DNA of 64,000 nt from Hormiphora californensis (taxonomy: Eukaryota > Animalia > Ctenophora), in assembly GCA_020137815.1 (NCBI GenBank), contig CM035356.1, positions 434,001 to 498,000 of the forward strand, written 5' to 3'. A model generated the notes under the pieces. It had not been told where the DNA came from, did no database searches, and saw only the letters and a program-made list of their open reading frames with translations. Each line of letters begins with the position of its first letter. The first letter of the stretch is position 1. The position numbers and the translations under genes are program-made. Below, one piece after another: positions 45,101 to 64,000 of this stretch.

Positions 45101-46209
45101 AGGAAACACGCTGTTCTTGGAAGAGAGTTGTAGTGGTGAAATCCATGGAGACTGGGAAGGGAGAAAGGGATGCGAGTCCCATGATGTCAGATTCCTTGCT
45201 AACCCCGTAAAACGCAGGAAGATTTACATTATCTTTTCTATTCCATACCTGGAATAATAATTCGTATTTTCAATAAGTTTACAAACAAAAACCCTGTATG
45301 ATGTTCATTCGTCCTTACCAGAAATGATTCTTTCTCGGCCTTGAGTTCCCTGCCGTTCGAGTAGAATCTTCGTCCAGGCATCTTCGCAATAAACTGCACC
45401 AACTCACCAGTCACAACCAAAGGCATATCCTTAGTCGATAGAATGGTCTCTGTAAGAAGAAAGGCCCTGTTTAACCCAGCAGTTCTCCCTCACTGGCACC
45501 CCGCTGACCCATTCTCGCCATGAGCTGTCTCGCCCCAATTTGACAGTGCGCTCAGATGGGGTCGGCGGCGCCAGACAGGCGATGAGAGAGGTCAGGCAGC
45601 GTGCTGACAGCTCTCTCACACAGTTCTATAACATAATTTCATAATAATTCTATAAGTTAGAGGAGAACCCTTTTTAGTTAGGACTATCACCTCCTAACTA
45701 TTCATTGTGTTACTCAAGCTCTGTAATGTATTCAGAAATCGTGTTTGAAAAGAGGTAATTTTCTTTGAACCAAATGACTCACTATCGAGAGCTTTTGGTT
45801 CTTTTGGTTCACCTCGCCAACTCAAAATACCCTATTCGTCCCCCTCTCTTGTTCTATCCTCTAGACCGTACACGATCTTTGACAAAGTAAACCCTTTCAA
45901 TTCTAGCTTCTAGCTCCACTGTAACCTTCTCTCTCATTCCCTCTCACTCTCCTTCTCTCTCATTCCCTCTCAATTCTTTCTCTCTCTCCGTATAACGGCT
46001 CCGTTTCAGTCGTGTGCCCCGATAGAAGGGGGCAATCCCCCTCGTGCCATGCTATCTCCAGCCAAATGAACAACCCCCCCTCACTAAAGTTCCTCTTCTA
46101 GCTCCTCGTATCTCATTATGTGCAACAAGATTGGCTTTTTTCTATTTCATATTGTGTAAAGCCTTAGTATATTGCTCTTGTGGGGCATGAGAAGTAGAGC
46201 GAGAAAAAT

Positions 46210-46277
<68 letters not shown>

Positions 46278-48353
46278 AGAGAGAGGGGAGAGAGATAGGG
46301 GAGGGAGAGAGAGAGATAGGGGAGAGCTAGAAACGCAGCGATTTACTTTCTAGCTCAATAGTGAGATGAGTTGACGAACCCCAAAGGTAGAGCTGTACGT
46401 TTATTGTGCTTCTCCTCCCGATGAGGAAGTGTCTAGACAAACACTCTTTTCTCTCCCCCCTCGCCTAGATAGTACCCCCACACCTTGCCCCACCCTATTG
46501 TTAGCAGCACAATGGCTGGCAAGTGTTATACACTTGAAGCCCAGCCCCCATCCCTTGGATCATTGGTTTAGAGACCCCCGCCATCACTAGTCACTACTAG
46601 TTTTAGTGTTTAGCGTGATGTGTCATGCTACTTGACATGTATCTCCCAACCAATCAACCATCACTACTTGTTGGTTAAATGTGGTTAAATGTGGTTAATT
46701 GTGGTTATACCCTCCTCTTACCCTTGCTATCACGACGCTCCACTTGCAAATAGAAATCCTCTCCTATTTTCGGGATGACAAGTAGAAAGTCTTGCTCCTC
46801 AAAAGTCGTACTAACCTTCGGCGTTGAATCTATCTCGTCGATTTGAATCTGAAATATGTTTCATATAAACGTTGGACTCTCTCTCTCCCCCTTCTCTCTC
46901 TCTCCCTTTTTCTGTCTTCCTCTTTCTGTCATTCTCTCTCAGGCTCTCCCTTTCGCAACTTCTACTATCTCTACCTGTCACTTCAAATATTTAATATTTT
47001 ATACTACAACAACGCGTTACGCCGTTACGTTGCGACTAAGATATATAGCTAGGTGCATCGAGGTATTTGATAGAGATTTGAGAGTGAGATTTCAGGAAGA
47101 GAGGGAGAGAAATATAGTGAAGGGAGTGAGACAGGTTTATAACCAACCTGAATTCGAAGAGCTCCAACTCCAGTTAGGATGACCCGAGCGAAAAGTTGTG
47201 GCTCAAGTTCGTAAATGCTTTCTGACAGAGTAAGGTTCAAATCCTCTCGGACTTTCAGTAAAACATCGACGTATCCTTCGTTCTCGGTTTTGTTAGCTAC
47301 GTAGTATTGATTCCTCTCTCCATAAACACAGGCTGGCTCAGATCCACCGCTCAGGGAGTTACTATAAAACTCACAACCAGCCTTTTCACACCCACCCTAC
47401 AATGGGATACAAGTGGTAAAAGCTTTCTTCTTTAACGGGATATAACATTTTAGTAGGTACACGATAGAAGCTGTTGTGATCCTCTCTAAACTGATATACA
47501 GTGATGGCTCTAATGTATGGCAAATAATTGATATCGATATAATTTTTCCCTAACAGTCCAAAATACAGTTGTATTATTTCGTTGTGATATTTCCCTTACC
47601 TTTGTTATCTTGTCTCCCATCAACACGCACGCAAATCTATCTTTTAGATCTTTGTAACCCTGGTAGTGAATTTAAATGATGTTAATTGTTAAATAGCTTG
47701 TTTTAAGCTTGTTTTAAGTTCTGTTAGAGAGGTTGTGAAAAACAAATTTATGAGATACTTATTGAGGAAACTACATTATCATTACATGAAGTTACTTTAC
47801 ATATCTTGCACAAGCCAATCAGAGGCATGGAGTTCAAAATTCTGGCCAATGATTGGTTCGTACACCAGAAAATGACCAAAAATGAAAGGACATAGGCCTA
47901 GACCTCCCGATAAGATAGAAAGCTAAATCTGGTTGCGTTGGATTCCGTGGTTAAGAAAAGCTGGGGGATTCCATATCGTACAGTCAGGCCCTAATGGTCC
48001 AATACCTGGAATTCCTTGTCCTACCTCGTGATCATGTTTGTTAGCCACGAGAAACACGATTGAGACAATAACAGCTATCAGTATTATAGCCACCAGTAGT
48101 ATCACAAATGCAACTTTCTTCTTGTCATGTAACCAACTCTTCGGCTCTTCCGCAGCAGCCCCCTAAAACAACATAGTGAAATAATGATCTCTAGGCAAGA
48201 TTAAAGTACCTATCATTTGTGTTATTTCAGTGCTTGTACCTGGCTGGTTGGTAAGGGTTCATATTTCTTCTTAGGAAATGAAACAGTCACATCGTCAGGC
48301 TCAGCGAGGGAGGTCTCCGCTTGATTCCCTTCTTCATCCGTTAGCCTCTCCAT
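32931..48353 (-). CDS. Type II membrane GH31 alpha-glucosidase-like protein (GAA/sucrase-isomaltase fold), divergent, multi-exon
   Basis: N-terminal TM (VILLVAIILIAVIVSIVFLV); colinear GH31 landmarks PAFYG..SMDF..TQLGG..MTGP..AIG/RPFIAPFWSMG, HYLDFTQ, GTLCPD...HRDVHNY, KLATLLPF, KYSMYP...GTPAVRSMSYNFP, QFMLGD, HLP..WW..KGGSV, ITILGV; stop at 32931; some 5' exons uncertain. Confidence 0.8.
33295..33551. mobile_element. Small MITE with about 80-bp inverted repeats
   Basis: ACTAGACCAAAAAACAAAGG...GAAATGCACCC (33295-33373) inverted at 33473-33551. Confidence 0.8.
33577..34325. repeat. 163-bp tandem repeat, about 4.5 units, with alternating variants (326-bp higher-order period)
   Basis: Unit contains ATAACGGCTAAACGGTGCGAGATACGACTTTTTGTCC; near-identical ORFs recur at 326-bp offset (33652/33978 and 33761/34087). 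Confidence 0.92.
34539..36719. mobile_element. Palindromic Tc1/mariner-like non-autonomous element, TA TSD, containing a nested MITE
   Basis: TA|CAGGGTGTCCCA...TGGGACACCCTG|TA; arms about 750 bp inverted; identical 73-aa ORF on both strands (34708 and 36329). Confidence 0.93.
35273..35882. mobile_element. Poly-G-ended MITE, copy 2
   Basis: Same family as 164-745; ATTAG duplicated at 35268-35272 and 35883-35887; empty site present on the opposite palindrome arm. Confidence 0.93.
38688..42330 (+). mobile_element. Repeat-rich non-autonomous element (Helitron2/Helentron-like), one copy (about 40599-42234) nested inside another
   Basis: Two starts CGCAAAAGGCAAGCTTCCCCTCGTCCGACCCGAAG (38691, 40602) and two ends CTTCGGGTCGGAGGTGCCTGCCGGCACCTAA (42234, 42330); subterminal inverted repeat plus terminal hairpin; internal arrays with TGCAGGGGC and TAGTTATACTACTAGAACATGC; superfamily is inference. 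Confidence 0.7.
44258..44847. mobile_element. MITE with G-rich ends, 10-bp ATGGTGACAA subterminal repeats and 8-bp TSD
   Basis: GCTGTTTT at 44250-44257 and 44848-44855; inverted ends GGGGGGTTATCATGGTGACAAAT / ATTTGTCACCATGATTACCCCCC. Confidence 0.88.
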
Positions 48354-49301
48354 TGTCTAAGAGTGACAATAATGGTTATATTGTCAGTTGCTGAACAATG
48401 TCAGCCGGGGCAGTGCTGGGTTAGTTAGACGAAAAATAAATTATTCCTATTTTGGTCAAAGATCTCATTTAGATAGCTGCACTGAGAGATAAGTACGTGT
48501 CATCAAAGGCTCGAAGAAAAATGTCGCAGAGTTTCAAGAAAACGAATTAAAAGAAGATAGGTTTGCAAAGAGAAAACCTAATTGTCTCAAAAATCGGCTT
48601 AAATTTCCACGTTGAAATTAATACGGCATCTCAAAAATGTCTCGTCTCCCTTATTCAGAAACTACTTAACTATGGACCATAGGTGAACAAATCTATAGGA
48701 GGAGACGAATGAGCCACCGTATACGATGTTCATGTAATTTCCCGCCAACTGAGCGCACGGGAGAAGAATGAAGTGATCATATAGCGAGAAAGAGAGGGAG
48801 AGATAGAGATGGAGAGAAAGAGATAGAGAGACGGAGATGGAGCGAGAGCGAGATAGAATTCCCAGAGGGCGAGAAAACGAAGCAGGATAGAAGGTACGAG
48901 AGAGAACGAAACTGTTACCTGATACAGGTGGGGAACTATAACAGAGAGAGTGAGAGTCCCAACCCCTCCTCCCCTATTAAGTGCTCAGATTTAGAATCCC
49001 TTTTCAGATGTTGAACTATCCCCCTCTCTTCCATAGGTACGAACAATAGTGGTGAGTTAACGACTCTCTATACTGACATCAAAGAAAAGTAACTGAGATG
49101 AATACGAGACAGAACTGGAGACAGTATATTCTGGCTCAAGGGAACGTCAAGAGAACGAGTAGAGATAGGAGAGAGCACTCCTCGAAGCGAGAGCGAAGTA
49201 GGAGCAGAAGGTGCGAGCAACTGTAGAGCGCTCATGGAGTACCTCTCGCTCATCTCTCTCTATAAGCACGGTCTCTCCTCTCTCTCTTCTAAGCGTCTTC
49301 T

Positions 49302-49386
<85 letters not shown>

Positions 49387-50330
49387 CATCTCCTGTGAGG
49401 CCACCTGGTGAAAACCATGCCTCACATTCACACAGCCTTTATGTGACCACATGGCTACAAGACCCCATAGGGCCCTATATGGGGCAATATGAGATCAGAA
49501 TGAACAAGGCATTATTCAATAAATAAAAAATAAAAGCAGTTAAAAATGAAGGAAAGAATTCAAGTGATTAAACAAAACTTAATCCAGTCTTATATTTTAT
49601 GCCATTTTGAAGTTAACGCACAAAAAGGGAGCAATTTTAATTACCTTAACTCAGGTGTTATAAAGCTCGCTCTAAGAGCAATGATGATGAGCGCTGTTTG
49701 AGCACATCTCATCATCTTCTTTGAGACCATATTATATATCATCTCTCAGCTCTCTATCGACTATCTTCAAATTATATATGCCGAACAAGAACCAAGTTAT
49801 TGTTAGTATTGGACTGGTTTCTTTATATAGTTGGTGCTGTGTTGTCGTCAAGACCGAGATCAGAGAGCGTCTAGAGACCGAGGAGAGAGAGTGTCTAGAG
49901 ACCAAGGAGAGAGAGCGTCTGGAGGAGAGAGAGTGTCTGGAGACCGAAGAGAGAGAGTCTGGAGACCGAGAGATATCAAATGTTCCTCTTGACGGCTTTT
50001 CGGTGTAAATTAGGGCAGCTCCATATATTATACTGAGACCTGTGGCAGGGTATCTCTAATATGTAAGGCATATCCAGGTGGCCTTATCAAGGCTTCCCAT
50101 TCCCTCTGACGATGTAGCAATCTAACCACCCTCCCACCACTCTGACTCTCTCTCTCTCTCTCTCTCTCCAGGCTCTCCAGGCTCCCTCTCTACCTCTCTA
50201 TCTACTCTATCTACCCTTTGTCGTAGAGAGATTGAAGCTCCTCATTGTTTTGGAAAGTCCTACTTCTTATACATGACTGGCGTTACTTTTGATTTGAGAA
50301 CCAACATTAGATATGTTGCCTGCAAAGATA

Positions 50331-50514
50331 GTAGTCGGACCCCGATTTACTGGGATTCTCGGGGAACGGGGGAAAGCGGTTTTGCCCGGTAAATCGGAGT
50401 GCCCGGTCAAGTACTGTTTTTTCCTACATCGGGGGAAGTTTATCTTCGCAGTAAATCGGGGTTCCGCCGTTCCAGTAAATCTAAAATCAGGGCCCGGTTA
50501 ATCGAAGTCCGAAT
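50331..50514. mobile_element. Degenerate relative of the 51661 pogo/Tigger-like MITE
   Basis: AGTCGGACCCCGATTTA at left and decayed AATCGAAGTCCGA at right. Confidence 0.5.
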
Positions 50515-51660
50515 CGATGTTGTACAAGGGAAATAGATGTTATTAAATGTAGGGAGTGTCTTACCATGACGTTTAGCAACTTTAGTGTTTCTCTTTTAAT
50601 TGAGCTGTCTCCTTAAAAACCAATTACCCTGTAGCACAACCCAGCACTACAAACTATCTGGTATTATCCATTCTGCATATAACTTTATTTCAAACATCAA
50701 CTCTTTCAATGTCATCAGTCTGATTCAATGTCATCAGTCTCATCTTGCTAGAAGAGGTAGCATGGTGCTGTCAATTCTAGTTGAGTACAATACTTTAACA
50801 ATTCAGATCTTTCTAACACACCTAGTGTCCTGGTAATATTTGTTAACAAGGTAATATACTATACCTGTACACTACCTAGTGTCCTAGTAATATCATGTTC
50901 CCTTTGTTTGTGTGACCACTAAACGTCTTAAGATGCACATTATAAGAGAATAAACATGCTATTGTTTACTATAGTTGAATAGTTTCACGAAATCATTCTT
51001 TACATGCTCCATTATATTGTTATATCCAGCACTACCACCCTACCCTAATGTGCACTCTATGCAGCCAGGAGGGGCTCAAGTCTTTCGCCCACCCCTAAAT
51101 ATGATCCTACTATCACAGCTCATAAGATATTATTCTCCCCACAGATCACACAAATTAGCTTCATCACTCTAAACTCTGTCAATCTCTTAGAATGATGGGC
51201 GTGAGGTTTAGGCTCTAGAGAGAGATAGTATAGTTAGGTCTTTGTGGTTCATTTGTAGTCTAGTGAATACGCGGTGTGAGTATTATAGATGTATGCATGT
51301 CCAACACAATATAGTGAAAACTTGGTATCCTGTACTCTTATGATGAGCAGTTTTTCCTTGCCTGAATTCAATGGTTATATATAGATCTTCGATTAGAAAA
51401 CGCGACAGTGAAAGTACGCGTTATGTGACAGTGACCATAACGCAAATGTTCATTTTGACAATCCAGATTGTTGCTTTCTGTTCGACGTTCTCCGCCAAAA
51501 TTTTAAATCGCTGGCCCAAATTCCATTTGTATGAACGGGATTTTTACAATTATCTTCATCGACGGGTGAGAGGGGCAGCCTTATCTGAAGAAATCTCCCC
51601 GTGGAGTCGTGGAAATCGGAGATATAGGTTACCCCTCTCACCCGTTCATGAATACTATTA

Positions 51661-51839
51661 CAGTCGGACCCCGATTTAGTGGCCCCCGATTTAGTGGCAC
51701 CCCGATTTAGTGGCAGAATCCCCCCCCCCCCCCCCCCCGATATAGGAAATTAACATTATTTGAACCCGATTTAGTGGCACCCCGATTGAGTGGCAGGATT
51801 TTTTCCCCCCGAGGATGTCACTAAATCGGGGTCCGACTG
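51661..51839. mobile_element. pogo/Tigger-like MITE, TA TSD
   Basis: TA|CAGTCGGACCCCGATTTAGTG...CACTAAATCGGGGTCCGACTG|TA with internal CCCGATTTAGTGGC repeats. Confidence 0.88.
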
Positions 51840-53669
51840 TATCTTTGGCTTCCTTATGCGACAGACTAGAAGTACAACAAGAACAAGATTAATTGCATTA
51901 TGTTGTAACATAATGCTGAATTTCCCTGCCATGTGAATCTATGAAGAAGGGAAATCATGACCAGATCCGCTGTAGCAGCAAGCGGGACACAAAATCCCGA
52001 TCGTTTATATATCACACAAACAGTATAGAGCAAATCCTTGTGTTTTAATAGCACTAAATTGCGCGCCACGCCGCCACATTGCGCGCCACACATTTCCTGA
52101 AAACGTGCCAATGAAGTGGTTTATGAAGGAGCAGCTCGTAACTGTGTGCGCGGCTCTTGTTGCTACACCGTTGCCCCTCGCAACTAAAGTGTGACCAAAA
52201 AGGTCCCTCTACCGATTAGTTAGTATACCAAAATGTCGTTTTCGAATTCTAACCCTGCTATGCCTTTTTGCAAAGCAAAAAGGCATCCGGGTGAATGCCG
52301 AGCACCGGGCAGGGAAAAAATAGTGCACGCTACATGTTTCTGATCACTGCTCAGGTCATGTGATCCTCACCGAACCTTGGCGTTCTAATAGGACCGCCCC
52401 CCCCCCATCGGGCCTGATGGAAGTCACGTTTCATGGCCGGTAATGAGGGATCTGTCTTTCTCGGCACTCCGCCATGACCATCAGTAGCTCTTTAGTTTCT
52501 TGAGCTGTATTCATTGAACTAAGATGTGTGTGTATTTAATCTTGGGATGAATTTATGATACCAACATTATCTAGAGATTGCGATCGAGAGTGATAAGTAT
52601 TGCACTGTACTTGCTTGAACACTGCAATGATATATTCTTGGTATATTTGCAGTACTATGATACCCCTGTGCCGCAGTTGTGTAGTTGTAGATCTCTGTAT
52701 GATCTCTGTATTTCTTGTTCGTCCTACTGAGCTGCACCATTCACCATGATGAGTATACATGTGGCGACGGATGTCCCAATTACCGCAGACAATTTAATTC
52801 TCTTGTAATAACCCAGGCCGGGGCTGTAAATAGAGTAGCAAACATGATGAGATGTGTGTGAACTAATCCCCCCGCACATCATGTGATCTGTAATGCCTTT
52901 CAGTATAGTGATAATGAATATACAATAGTTCCAATACCTTTTTCGTGAATCTGCTTTAAAAACTTGATTCCATAACGTGTGCATGATGTATTCAACACAT
53001 CGAGAAGTATTTCCTAGATGGGTTTTATAGTTCTACGCGGTTTCGGTCGGTTATATACAACAGGTTATTCGTTCCTGACTAAACTCCCTACTCCCATGCT
53101 GTGTTTATTTCAATTAGCCATGACCATGTGATGGAGCCTCCTCTCCTTCGCGCTCGCTAGACGCTAGCGTAGCAGGAGCGCCGAGAAGAGCTAGCGCTCG
53201 CGAGAGACGCGAGAGAGAGAGAGCAGAAAAAAGAGCGCGCGAAACGAAAGAACCTCCGCGCGACCTCCGCGATCGCGAGCGCTCTCAGATGCGCGCGAGA
53301 GAGCTACTCTCCATCTCTCTCTCTCTCTCTCTTCTCCTCTCTCTCTCTCTCTCTATCTCTCTCTCACATCTCTCTCGCCTCTCTTTCCCTCCCTCCACCT
53401 CTCTGTTAACATGGTGCGGACTAAAGTTACACTAACTTGCCCCCACCCTGGCCCTCCTCTGCTAACTATCCCGCACACATCAGTTCATGTGGTCTCTATG
53501 TGTAAAATTTTGTTAATTCTCTCTCATCTCTCCCTGAGACTGGAATATTGTACCTGGACTTGAGACGCCCCCCATCCCCGCCCTATAAAAGGGTTTAGTG
53601 GAATGTGCTATAGGGTTCACACGTGAGGGCCAACATTGTATTGGACCTCACGTGTGTTCAATGCATATA

Positions 53670-55228
53670 CAAGGTGGCCCATAAATTATGAGGCCGGGGG
53701 ACGAGCTGTACCTCCGAAACGGTGATAGTTGTGCAAAAACAAACTACGGGAACATGCTGGAACAATTCCTTGGTAACTTTTTGCAAATTTTGAGTTTTTT
53801 ATTCAAAAGTTCATTTTTCATTCATGAACTTTTCACGCGTTCATTAATGAATTAAGGACTCTAATTTACCGAGAGTGAGCCATTTTGTTTGGGTTGAATT
53901 TATCTTTCCAATGAGCATCATGAAAATCAAATTGAAGCACCAGGTCACATGGCAGTTGAGAAAATGCACATGCATGATTTTGGCTCTTCCTGCGACTTTC
54001 AATCAGCTGTATCACAGATACCTTTTGTTCAATCTTATTAAAAATTTGGGTGAACATTGGATAAGCAAAGATCTTTGCTCACAAGAAAAATCAAGGTCAA
54101 AACTGAAAGTTCATTTTTAAGTTTTGGTAGTTCATTCCACTCATTCAGGAACCAACATCCCTAAAGTGATGAAAAGTGATTAGTTTTGTTTGGCCCATAC
54201 CCTGCAATGATAAGGAGGTGTAAAAACACGTTTCCGGGCTAGTTAGTGGGTGTCCATGTGATCATGATGATATCTGACACCTCTTCTGAGCCATAATCAA
54301 GGGATTTTCTCAAATTCAAGCATGTGATTTGGGTTATCTGTGATTGGTATCGTGCAGCAATGTTGAGAGATCTCACAGTACCTCAAAAATTATGATTAGC
54401 TCAATGAAATGAGTTGATTTATGATAGAAGAGATTAAAACAGACGTCAAAATGAACTAAATTACCATTTTTGATCCAAAATCAACTCATTTCATTGAGCT
54501 AATCATAATTTTCGAGGTGCTATGAGATCTCTCAACATTGCTGCACGATACCAATCACAGATAACCCAAATCACATGCTTGAATTTGAGAAAATCCCTTG
54601 ATTATGGCTCAGAAGAGGTGTCAGATATCATCATGATCACATGGACACCCACTAACTAGCCCGGAAACGTGTTTTTACACCTCCTTATCATTGCAGGGTA
54701 TGGGCCAAACAAAACTAATCACTTTTCATCACTTTAGGGATGTTGGTTCCTGAATGAGTGGAATGAACTACCAAAACTTAAAAATGAACTTTCAGTTTTG
54801 ACCTTGATTTTTCTTGTGAGCAAAGATCTTTGCTTATCCAATGTTCACCCAAATTTTTAAAAAGATTGAACAAAAGGTATCTGTGATACAACTGATTGAA
54901 AGTCGCAGGAAGAGCCAAAATCATGCATGTGCATTTTCTCAACTGCCATGTGACCTGGTGCTTCAATTTTATTTTCATGATGCTCATTGGAAAGATAAAT
55001 TCAACCCAAACAAAATGGCTCACTCTCGGTAAATTAGAGTCCTTAATTCATTAATGAACGCGTGAAAAGTTCATGAATGAAAAATGAACTTTTGAATAAA
55101 AAACTCAAAATTTGCAAAAAGTTACCAAGGAATTGTTCCAGCATGTTCCCGTAGTTTGTTTTTGCACAACTATCACCGTTTCGGAGGTACAGCTCGTCCC
55201 CCGGCCTCATAATTTATGGGCCACCTTG
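53670..55228. mobile_element. Palindromic Tc1/mariner-like non-autonomous element, TA TSD, diverged relative of 34539-36719
   Basis: TA|CAAGGTGGCCCATAAA...TTTATGGGCCACCTTG|TA; about 750-bp arms around a roughly 60-bp spacer; mirrored ORFs at 53866/54841 and 53875/54778. Confidence 0.93.
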
Positions 55229-56693
55229 TATAATGCTCCAGTTATTTGAATCCTTTTTGTTAAGTTATAAACTCAACCTTGCCTTGTTCGACACTCTCTC
55301 TCTCCGTGCCATATTTTACCTTGTATCAAGTGAGGATCTGATATGATCCAGTCAATTATATCGCCCTTCCAGTGAATCAACTCTATTGAGATCTTTGTCC
55401 CTCCTCCTGTCATTAGCTTTATAATTAGTCACTTCACCACGGTCTACTACAGCAGTAGTGGGAGCTGGAGTCCCCTTTATATAGAGCTGGAGGAGGTAGT
55501 GGCAGCCCCCCCCCCCCCTTTATATAGAGCTAAGAGCAGGAGAAGAAGTGGGTTATGGTAGTAGGAGGTCCCTCTATAGAGGAGGAGGAGGAGGTGGAGT
55601 AGTGGGAGCCCTCTATTATAGAAGAGGGGGGTATGGTGGGATCCCTCTATAGAAGAGGGGGTTATGGTGGTAGAAGGGCAGGTGCTGCTATACGAACTAG
55701 GGGCACACACTATGTTATACAGCTGCCCGACGGCCCTGCTGCAATTTCTAAGAACCTCCCCCTCTTCTTGTATTATTATATAAGGTTTGTTTTGCTATAC
55801 TTATTGTTACGTCCTATAGCTAGCCTACCACCCCCTGATCGATAGATTACTAGCCATGTAATTATTGAAATTGTACCTAGCTGTAGTTGTAGGGACGGAG
55901 GGGGTACAATCGTGTGCGGTGTGATGCTAGAACAACTTGTTGTGCAAGGGTGTGAGAACAACAGAGTAACAATGATTAATTACCATCTTGAAATGAGTAA
56001 TGCAGATATCATTAGTTCAATACTCCTTCACCAATATGTTATTGTGTTATTATACACACCATCCCGCACGAGATACAGTGTAACACATGGGTCCCGCGTG
56101 ATCCTATACACTCACTCAATTACAGTCCGGGTTGAGGCTGAGACATTTAGTTTGGTTCCATTATATGTATCTCGATTACATCGCAGATAATAAAGTTGTT
56201 AAATCGATTGTTAGCTGATTGTATGCCCCGTAATCTACATAATGTTTAATCGATGTTCATTATCAAATATTCTAAAATTGAGATATGTAGTACTTTTGAT
56301 ATATATAGCAGCTTCATTGCGACACTTGTAGCACTACTTATAACGATATGAATCATATTATGATAAGGTATGCAGACAAGTTGTCTAAGACAACCCAGAG
56401 ATAGAAAGAGAGAGAGAGAGATATGGGTGTAGCTACGTCCTCCTACTATATAATCCTGTAAAGTGTTTCGTGTAGTAGTGTGTCTGTACCACAATTCTTC
56501 AAATTGTTGGATGTTTATATGCCGTCTACTTAGAGCCATAATAGTTATGCGCAATTAGGACATGTGCATTAGCCTAATGATATTATATACCACTTTATCA
56601 TGGTATGTGACGTTCTGCTAGACATGTCTAGAAGGGACCTATGAAATTGATGAAAATGTAACATTGAAAAAGTGTGATTGCTTTACTCGCAAC

Positions 56694-56748
<55 letters not shown>

Positions 56749-57079
56749 TCTTTCTCTCTCTATCTCTCTCTCTCTCTTTCTCTCTCTTTCTCTCCCTTTC
56801 CCTATCGCTTTCTCCCCATGTCTGCTTGATTAATGAACCTTGATTGTCTTTTGCGTCGTTCGGCTGTCGTTCATCAAAGCACGTTCAGCTCTATTGAGAT
56901 GAACTATAATAATTGTGATCTGAGGGCTGCATGGAGAGAGCTTGTGCAGCCTCCTCTCTTGTAACATGTGTCTAGTATAGTGTCTAGTATAGTGTCTAAC
57001 CGTGTCATGATTAATACTCTTTAGTGGGCGTGTCTATCTAGTATAGTATCTATATAGTGTCTAACCGTGTCATGATTAA

Positions 57080-58468
57080 GGGTACGCTAACCAAAAATTT
57101 TTTTCGAGTGCAGGGAAATCTCTCACCGTAGGGTTGTAGGCCATACCAAGGAGACCTCAAATATGCAATTTTAGCCCTTAAGTCGAATTCATATTTTTGC
57201 TACAGCTGCTTGAAAATGTCCTGAAAATACGTTTTTGGCATCTCAAAAATTTTTTTTCAAAGATAGGAGCATGAAAATTTGGGGATTTGAAGAGGACATG
57301 AAGGTGAATAACCACAAAAATTTTTTTTGCAATCCGAGCTGATTTCCGGTCCTGAGATGGATTTCTTTTTTTCCACTTTAACGCCCTATTTGGCAAAGTT
57401 CCGAAAACATGTGAAAGCTGTAAATTGGTGAAAAGTTGCGTCTAACGATTATCTAAGTGGCCATAAATTTTGGGCGTGTCCTTATTTGAGATAAGCTGTA
57501 CAGATTTTTTTTTGTGAAAGCCGTCATTTCAGAAATAAATAAATTCCTTGTATCTCAAAAACGGCTGATCGTAGAGACCTGAGACTATGCTTAAACGATT
57601 CAGAAGGTCCGATTTTGGGGGGGTCTTCTGAGAGACATTTTGCTCCTACTTCAACCGTTTTTGCTGTAATTGCGAAAAACAATAACCCATCTTCGCCATC
57701 GTGGATTTTTTGTGATTTTGCTTTTGATGATTATAGGGACCCATATGGACCAAATAGTGAAGGAATTAGCTTGTTAAACATATTTCCATAGTTTCGGTCC
57801 TTTCTTAGCTAAAATTCCCTAATTACAGGATATTGGAGTTTAGCTTTTGCCCTTTTCATAGAATTTGTTTTTCGCAATTACAGCAAAAACGGTTGAAGTA
57901 GGAGCAAAATGTCTCTCAGAAGACCCCCCCAAAATCGGACCTTCTGAATCGTTTAAGCATAGTCTCAGGTCTCTACGATCAGCCGTTTTTGAGATACAGG
58001 GAATTTATTTATTTCTGAAATGACGGCTTTCACAAAAAAAATTCTGTACAGCTTATCTCAAATAAGGACACGCCCAAAATTTATGGCCACTTAGATAATC
58101 GTTAGACGCAACTTTTCACCAATTTACAGCTTTCACATGTTTTCGGAACTTTGCCAAATAGGGCGTTAAAGTGGAAAAAAAGAAATCCATCTCAGGACCG
58201 GAAATCAGCTCGGATTGCAAAAAAATTTTTTGTGGTTATTCACCTTCATGTCCTCTTCAAATCCCCAAATTTTCATGCTCCTATCTTTGAAAAAAAATTT
58301 TTGAGATGCCAAAAACTTATTTTCAGTTCATTTTTCAAGCAGCTGTAGCAAAAATATGAATTCGACTTGAGAGCTCAAATTGCATATTTGAGGTCTCCTT
58401 GGCATGGCCTACAACCCTACGGTGAGAGATTTCCCTGCACTCGAAAAAAATTTTTGGTTAGCGTACCC
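57080..58468. mobile_element. Palindromic non-autonomous element inserted at TTAA (Kolobok/Sola3-like ends)
   Basis: TTAA|GGGTACGCTAACC...GGTTAGCGTACCC|TTAA; about 600-bp arms; empty site CATGATTAATACTC preserved in the adjacent duplicate at 57006-57019. Confidence 0.92.
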
Positions 58469-58495
58469 TTAATACTCTTTAGTGGGCGTGTATTC

Positions 58496-64000
<5,505 letters not shown>

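Noticed and set aside
52536-52984. Short minus-strand ORFs and a tRNA A-box-like GCAGCTCAGTAGG
   Set aside because: No B-box or cloverleaf and no recognisable protein motif

Overview
Eukaryotic, intron-rich animal genomic DNA; no prokaryotic features, CRISPR arrays or recognisable RNA genes were seen. Compact genes, splice acceptors directly before start codons, nested genes and (GA)n tracts suggest a ctenophore-like invertebrate, but that is inference. Left part: five tightly packed minus-strand genes (DDX5/p68 helicase, a triple-chromodomain plus C2H2 protein, a MacroD-type protein whose 3' exons are missing, a KIAA0513/SBF2-domain protein and an hnRNP F/H-like protein). They diverge from a multi-exon exportin-1 (XPO1/CRM1) gene on the plus strand. 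XPO1 introns host a same-strand USF-type bHLH gene preceded by 18 clustered CACGTG E-boxes, and an antisense secreted lectin-like gene that is itself split by a foldback element. Next come a minus-strand type II membrane GH31 alpha-glucosidase-like gene that appears to lack both catalytic motifs and a plus-strand multi-LDLa receptor-like gene running off the right edge. Introns and intergenic DNA hold many non-autonomous DNA transposons, including four 1.0-2.2 kb near-perfect palindromes, a three-deep nested stack and an element inserted into its own copy. Single-base indels in conserved exons indicate an imperfectly polished assembly. All exon models were read by eye.
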